The position numbers and the translations under genes were made by a program. A stretch of DNA of 64,000 bases, from positions 23,401-87,400 of the forward strand of contig CAZODQ010000001.1 in NCBI GenBank assembly GCA_964578625.1, written 5' to 3'. Numbering within the stretch: the stretch's first letter is position 1; each line of letters starts with the position of its first letter. Shown here in pieces: positions 59,333 through 64,000 of the stretch. The notes beneath the pieces were generated by a model, which was given only the letters and a program-made list of their open reading frames with translations, did not search any database and was not told the DNA's origin. This stretch comes from an uncultured Actinomycetota bacterium. GTDB taxonomy: Bacteria > Actinomycetota > Humimicrobiia > Humimicrobiales > Humimicrobiaceae.

Positions 59333-60149
59333 ATCTGGGTTCTAATTTTTTAAAAACAAAATAACCTACAAAAAATATAAGCAGTGTTATCCCAAGAGCA
59401 ATCAAAGTCTCCATAGTGCTGGGGAAACCTGCACCTTCCGGATATTTTATATAATAGAAAATATTCCTGTAGTAAGCAGCATACACTGTCATCGGATTTA
59501 GTTTTATTATAAATTGAAATCTTTCCGGGACCATCTGCAAAGGATAGATAATAGGGGTACCGAAAAACCATACCATCATGATGATAGTTATCAGATGCTG
59601 AAGATCCCTGAAAAACACATTTAAGGCCGATACCAGCAGAGTCATGCCCACGACCAGGAAGAACTGTATAAATATCAATATGGGTAATACATAAAGAAAT
59701 AAATAGAATCTATATCCAAGAACAGCAAGCGCAATAAATAAGGCAACAAGCTCCAAAAGAAAGTTAAAAAGGTTGGCAAACACAATAGACAGAGGAAGTA
59801 TTTCTCTGGGAAAATAAATTTTATTCACAAGATTGCTATTGGAAATAATACTTCCCGTACTATAGTTGACTGAATTAGAAAGAAAATTAAATGGAAGCAA
59901 GGCACAGATTAAAAAAATTGCAAATTCTTCTATTCCTGCCCGCAGCACAATTGAAAAAACGAAAGTATATACCAGCATGGTCAGTATAGGATTTAAAAGG
60001 GACCAGAAAAAGCCTAAAACCGACCCCCTATATTTAACCTTAAGCTCTTTCTTTGTAAGACTAAAAAGAAGCTCTCTGTATGAAAAAAGTATTTTAAAAT
60101 TTTTTATCATCTTTATTCTTAAGCTCCAACCAGATTTTACAGAATCCAA
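59316..60149 (-). CDS. wzm: ABC-2 type polysaccharide exporter permease (Wzm/KpsM/TagG-like)
   Basis: 277 aa. KELKVKYRGSVLGFFWSLLNP ABC-2 signature and 6 TM segments. Overlaps wzt by 17 nt. Confidence 0.85.
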   Translation of the reverse strand: MDSVKSGWSLRIKMIKNFKILFSYRELLFSLTKKELKVKYRGSVLGFFWSLLNPILTMLVYTFVFSIVLRAGIEEFAIFLICALLPFNFLSNSVNYSTGSIISNSNLVNKIYFPREILPLSIVFANLFNFLLELVALFIALAVLGYRFYLFLYVLPILIFIQFFLVVGMTLLVSALNVFFRDLQHLITIIMMVWFFGTPIIYPLQMVPERFQFIIKLNPMTVYAAYYRNIFYYIKYPEGAGFPSTMETLIALGITLLIFFVGYFVFKKLEPRFAEEI

Positions 60150-60178
60150 TCTAATACTAAAATATTTATTTTATAAAC

Positions 60179-61345
60179 CTAATCAATAGCTTCAATCTGA
60201 CTTTTAAGTTTAGTAAATATATTTTTTATATCATAGTTCTTCACAACATACTCCCTGCCTCTCTCCCCCATTTTACCAGCTTCACTTTTATTTTTTAAAA
60301 GATAATCAATACCTTTCTTAAAACTATTATAATCATGATAAAGCAGCCCTCCACCACTTCTTCTTATATGTTCGACTATAACCTCCGAACCGTTACTTGC
60401 CAGTATAGAAGTCTTTTGAGCCATTGCTTCAAGAGTGACTATACTAAAACTTTCATTGGGGGACGGCATAATAAAGATATCAGCTCCACTCATTAATCTA
60501 AATTTTTCTCCCTCAGATACATTGCCCTTAAATATAATATCCCTGCTTGATAGGATTTTAATCTTATTATCTCCAGTCAATATTAAATGTAAATTAGATG
60601 GGTTATCCTTTTTATATTTTAAAAAGTAATCGACTAGTTGGTTGCAACCTTTATTTATATCAATTCTCCCACAATATAATATATAGGGAAAATTTAAATT
60701 GGCAGGAGGAAACTTTTTTGTTTCTACTCCCATGCCAATTACACAGCCTGGTAATTCTCCCCATAACGACTTGCCAAAATGATACTCACTCTCTGTATTC
60801 CATAGAATAATTCTCGTTCTCTTAGCCATATATTTATAAACGGAAAGATAAGCCGATGGCTCATCATGCAAGGTCGGTACAAATAAAATCTTATGCCGTG
60901 GAACATTAAACATCCCAAAATAAGTTGTGGGATAAAGATAGGTCAGAAATATCACAGCTTTGTATTGCCAGCTTTTTTCAGATAAAAAATTCATTAAATC
61001 ATTTGAGTATGGCCCCTGTTTATATATGAATTCTTCCTGAAGAGGAGCAGGCCATTCAATGAGTCTCTTCGTATTTCCAAATTCTTCTAAAAGCCGTCTA
61101 TGAATCTCTTCCCAATAGTCTGCTCTACCCTGTGAAACCTTAAATCTTTTAATACATATCCCATGTATGATTTCATCACCTTCATCCAGCACATTTTTCC
61201 ATTTTTCAAAATCTACTGCAGTTGTGGTTAGAATGTGAACCTCATAACTTTTTTTTAACAAATTCCCGTAATGCCATGCTTCAGCTTCAGAACCACCAAC
61301 AATTTTTTCATGACATCTTTGAACAACAATAGCCAATTTTCTCAT
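60179..61345 (-). CDS. GT-B glycosyltransferase (GT4-like)
   Basis: 388 aa. C-terminal ...FIMPSPNESFSIVTLEAMAQKTSILAS E-x7-E-like motif. Confidence 0.6.
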   Translation of the reverse strand: MRKLAIVVQRCHEKIVGGSEAEAWHYGNLLKKSYEVHILTTTAVDFEKWKNVLDEGDEIIHGICIKRFKVSQGRADYWEEIHRRLLEEFGNTKRLIEWPAPLQEEFIYKQGPYSNDLMNFLSEKSWQYKAVIFLTYLYPTTYFGMFNVPRHKILFVPTLHDEPSAYLSVYKYMAKRTRIILWNTESEYHFGKSLWGELPGCVIGMGVETKKFPPANLNFPYILYCGRIDINKGCNQLVDYFLKYKKDNPSNLHLILTGDNKIKILSSRDIIFKGNVSEGEKFRLMSGADIFIMPSPNESFSIVTLEAMAQKTSILASNGSEVIVEHIRRSGGGLLYHDYNSFKKGIDYLLKNKSEAGKMGERGREYVVKNYDIKNIFTKLKSQIEAID

Positions 61346-62436
61346 AGGTACTTACCAATAATATTTAAAAATTTCTGTTTAATTATTTTATTTGTAAAAT
61401 TATTTTTATATCTTCTCCAACCTGCTTCTCCCAGGAAAAAATAATCATTTCCACTGGTAACGATTTTATCAATTGTAGCGGTAATTAGGTTAATGTCTAA
61501 ATCCTCCCATACTATTCCACCATCACCAACCGTATCGGCAACTGCGGTTGAACCATAAGTTACAACAGGAATTTTCATACTCATAGCTTCAACCAAAGGC
61601 AAACAAAAACCTTCGTGATAGCTTGTCAGGACAAAAACTCTGGAAACAAGAAAATACGATTTCAATTGCTCATCACTGACTTTACCGGTAAATATGACAG
61701 AATTGTCGAGGTTCATATATCTTACTTTATAATCCAAATAATCAATATAAGCAGATAGCCATTGATGTCTATTACCCACTATGATCAATCTACTTTCTTT
61801 ATTAAAATGCTCGTTATATAAGGCAAAAGCGTCAATAAGTTCTGAAAATCCTTTATTAGGAACTACTCTACCCACAGATAAAATATTCACTTTATTATCA
61901 TTATATTTGTCTATTATGTTAAAATCAGGTTTAAGGTTTTTTAATTCCCCTATAGTATTAAACGGGGGGATAATAAAACACTTCGAGGCTTTGGCACCCT
62001 CGGAGATCATGCCTAACATATTAAACCTGGAATCACTTAAATAAATTTCTAAATCCAAATTAGCAATAATATTTAACTGTTCTATACCACCTCTACAAGT
62101 CTCGGCATGATTCGAGCTAAATCCATAGAAATAATAAGGTGGAGTTATATTATGGTATTTTATAATTTTTTTACAATCCAGCCTGGTCAATATATCCATA
62201 CCTTTAAACCACCCGGCAGACAGGTGGTATATTATTACATCTTCATTATGTTTAATAAAATTACCAATACAATCAATACTTTTTACTATCTTATACTTAT
62301 CCGAAATAAAGATGTTTTCTGCAAAAATGTTTACGTTAAGATTCTGCTTACTGAGGACGTCAAACATGCCTAGAACGTCGTTGCTTACTGCATCACCATT
62401 AGAAACCACTGAAGTACAAATAGCTATATTCTTCAT
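61342..62436 (-). CDS. GT4 (Glycos_transf_1) glycosyltransferase
   Basis: 364 aa. VFVLTSYHEGFCLPLVEAMSMKIPVV. Confidence 0.8.
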   Translation of the reverse strand: MKNIAICTSVVSNGDAVSNDVLGMFDVLSKQNLNVNIFAENIFISDKYKIVKSIDCIGNFIKHNEDVIIYHLSAGWFKGMDILTRLDCKKIIKYHNITPPYYFYGFSSNHAETCRGGIEQLNIIANLDLEIYLSDSRFNMLGMISEGAKASKCFIIPPFNTIGELKNLKPDFNIIDKYNDNKVNILSVGRVVPNKGFSELIDAFALYNEHFNKESRLIIVGNRHQWLSAYIDYLDYKVRYMNLDNSVIFTGKVSDEQLKSYFLVSRVFVLTSYHEGFCLPLVEAMSMKIPVVTYGSTAVADTVGDGGIVWEDLDINLITATIDKIVTSGNDYFFLGEAGWRRYKNNFTNKIIKQKFLNIIGKYL

Positions 62437-63650
62437 ATTTTATAACCTACTACTGCATAATCTTGAGGTCCGTAAAAATAATCATTGAACCGCTTTGAAG
62501 TCTCCGAATCATCTTCCTTTAATTTAAGATCATCATTATAGGGATTGATATCAATAACCTCTATATTAATAAAACCTCGGGATTCTAAAGCCAATTTAAC
62601 CAACAAGCTTGGCAATGGCTTATTATGGGTAGGATCCAGATAAAAACTGTAACTGCCTACCAAAACATTGCCAGGATTTGGAGTTTCCAATATTACCAGT
62701 CCACCTGGTTTCAATACACGCAATATTTCGTCCAGCAGTTTAATTAAAAAATCAAATCCATAATGCTCAATAAGGTGAAATCCGGTAACAGCGCCAAGAC
62801 TGTCATTGGAAACAGATTTCATAAAAGAAAACACTTCGGCTTCTATAACATCAAGTCCTCTTTCCTTGCAAATCTCCACCATGACTTTATTTGGATCCAA
62901 TCCTCTAGCATGTAAATTTGCTTCCTTTAACAATTCCAACCACTCGCCACGGCCGCAGCCTATATCCAGTACGGAAGAGTCTTTCGTCCCGACATTTGCC
63001 TTTTTTATAATAGGAATATAAACATTTAGGCGCTCTTTTATTTCCTTACGGCTGCCTCTTAAATTATCTTCCAAAAAAACATAAAGAGAATCCAGGCTGT
63101 GATCGATCTCTCTAGTTAAATTTTGCAATCTAGCTTTACCCATTTTTCTGGTATCCTTTCCTACACTTCCAGAAAGATTTTTTATTCCTTTCTCCAGTTG
63201 GATTAAATTATTCTTCAGATAATTTATTATATTATTAAGTTTATTAATCTCGATGTCCTTCTCTTCCAGTTTATTTTTTAGTTCCATAATTTTAGTATCA
63301 GACTGGGTCTTGTATTCAGCAAATCTGAACTTAAGTTTGTTGCAATCATCGATAATACTTCTCAGGGCATCAAGTATAGACAAGTTAAACTGCCTCTGGT
63401 TTATAGTGATTATCTTTAAAACCTTAATAAGAATCCTGCCAGCCCACCTGTAAATTATCCTTTTTGGAATAGACAAACTACTAAAAGAAGGTACATCTAA
63501 ACCAATTCTTGCATTTCTCTCTGCCCAATCCAAATAATCATAGATACTATTCTTTTCTTTATCCCTGCAATAAACCTCTGTTTCTTTTCTAATTTTTTTC
63601 TTTAAATCTTTAATATATTTTTTTGTATCATCCGAGCCAACCATAATCAC
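62433..63650 (-). CDS. Class-I SAM-dependent methyltransferase with N-terminal coiled-coil (candidate chain-terminating capping enzyme, WbdD-analogous)
   Basis: 405 aa. VLDIGCGRGEW motif I, DVIEAEV post-I acidic residue, LRVLKPGGLVILETPNP motif III. The N-terminal ~200 aa are heptad-like and charged (KIMELKNKLEEKDIEINKLNNIINYLKNNLIQLEKGIKNL). Confidence 0.75.
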   Translation of the reverse strand: MIMVGSDDTKKYIKDLKKKIRKETEVYCRDKEKNSIYDYLDWAERNARIGLDVPSFSSLSIPKRIIYRWAGRILIKVLKIITINQRQFNLSILDALRSIIDDCNKLKFRFAEYKTQSDTKIMELKNKLEEKDIEINKLNNIINYLKNNLIQLEKGIKNLSGSVGKDTRKMGKARLQNLTREIDHSLDSLYVFLEDNLRGSRKEIKERLNVYIPIIKKANVGTKDSSVLDIGCGRGEWLELLKEANLHARGLDPNKVMVEICKERGLDVIEAEVFSFMKSVSNDSLGAVTGFHLIEHYGFDFLIKLLDEILRVLKPGGLVILETPNPGNVLVGSYSFYLDPTHNKPLPSLLVKLALESRGFINIEVIDINPYNDDLKLKEDDSETSKRFNDYFYGPQDYAVVGYKI

Positions 63651-63657
63651 TCATCCC

Positions 63658-64000
63658 TCAATAAGCTCCCCTTCCAAACAGTATTACAGGAATAGTCTTT
63701 AAAATTATTTTAATATCCAGCTCAATAGACCAGTTTTGTATATAATATAGATCCAGCCTTGCCATCTCTTCAAAAGATAGTTCACTTCTTCCACTTATCT
63801 GCCACAATCCTGTACAACCCTGCTTAACCCCCATCCTTCTCAGCTCCCATTCGTCATATTTTTCAACTTCAACCGGAAGCGGCGGCCGAGGCCCTACCAG
63901 GCTTAGTTCCCCTTTTAAAACGTTTATAATCTGAGGTAATTCATCAATCGAAAATTTTCTTAATATTTTTCCAACCCGAGTAACTCTCGGATCATTTCTA
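63658..64000 (-). CDS. Polyprenyl-phosphate sugar phosphotransferase (bacterial sugar transferase family, WbaP/PglC-like); C-terminal part only, gene runs off the window
   Basis: Manual translation of the minus strand gives ...KFSIDELPQIINVLKGELSLVGPRPPLP...GLWQISGRSELSFEEMARLDLYYIQNWSIELDIKIILKTIP...*. This carries the hallmark DELPQ...LVGPRP motif of PF02397. Stop at 63658-63660. Absent from the ORF track because the N-terminus lies beyond 64000. Confidence 0.85.
   Translation of the reverse strand, partial: RNDPRVTRVGKILRKFSIDELPQIINVLKGELSLVGPRPPLPVEVEKYDEWELRRMGVKQGCTGLWQISGRSELSFEEMARLDLYYIQNWSIELDIKIILKTIPVILFGRGAY

Noticed and set aside
1-64000. CRISPR arrays, tRNA or rRNA genes
   Set aside because: No direct-repeat/spacer periodicity was seen in any intergenic region. 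Intergenic stretches (873-1419, 8853-9318, 9538-9774, 39494-39888, 54146-54408) are AT-rich and lack tRNA-like GC-rich acceptor/T-arm patterns or rRNA conserved blocks.
9775-64000. Glycan megalocus as a horizontally acquired mobile island
   Set aside because: No integrase, transposase, tRNA attachment site or flanking direct repeats within the window. Composition looks similar to the trp region by eye. Island status cannot be supported without GC and codon statistics or comparative genomes.

Overview
This window comes from an AT-rich genome (roughly 30% GC by eye) that is probably bacterial. The evidence for that is Wzm/Wzt ABC-2 exporter genes, a PF02397-type 'bacterial sugar transferase' with the DELPQ...GPRP motif, TolB/PD40 beta-propellers and ArnT/ArnC/ArnE-like genes. 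There are two very different parts. (1) Positions 1-9.5 kb hold a GT2 gene, an SRPBCC-like gene, an ATC-hydrolase-like gene and a compact tryptophan biosynthesis operon trpE-D-C-F-B-A on the minus strand. No trpG is present. A small Phd/YefM-like gene sits about 460 nt upstream of trpE on the same strand. (2) From about 9.7 kb to the end of the window (more than 54 kb, continuing past the window) is a very large cell-surface glycan locus. Nearly every gene in it is a glycosyltransferase (GT2, GT4, dual-domain GT2/GT4 or GT-C), a nucleotide-sugar enzyme, a lipid-linked-sugar flippase-like protein or a glycan-tailoring enzyme. These include TviB/WbpO-like dehydrogenase, WbpP-like epimerase, AsnB/WbpS-like amidotransferase, RmlD-like reductase and SDR epimerases. 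Flippase-like genes are three PF03706 'flippase-like' proteins and three small SMR/ArnE-F-like proteins. Tailoring genes are two radical SAM enzymes, a hexapeptide acetyltransferase, a CE4 deacetylase and an SGNH esterase. The locus ends with a Wzm/Wzt ABC-2 exporter whose Wzt has a C-terminal extension, a coiled-coil methyltransferase and a truncated initiating phosphoglycosyltransferase at the window edge. Together these suggest an ABC-transporter-dependent, chain-terminator-controlled polysaccharide. Inside this locus are the features I find most unusual. One is a tandemly duplicated, tightly convergent two-gene module (a TolB-like beta-propeller surface protein plus a small 4-TM membrane protein). 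Another is a roughly 120-aa DUF11-like C-terminal domain shared, also as a DNA repeat, between a polysaccharide deacetylase and a GT-C transferase. A third is a glycosyltransferase fused to a degenerate methyltransferase-like domain and a coiled coil. The last is a polyprenyl-phosphate-sugar decoration cassette carrying a B12-binding radical SAM and a radical SAM/SPASM enzyme. No rRNA, tRNA, CRISPR, transposase or integrase was recognised. All calls rest on motif and architecture recognition by eye from the translations, with no database searches.
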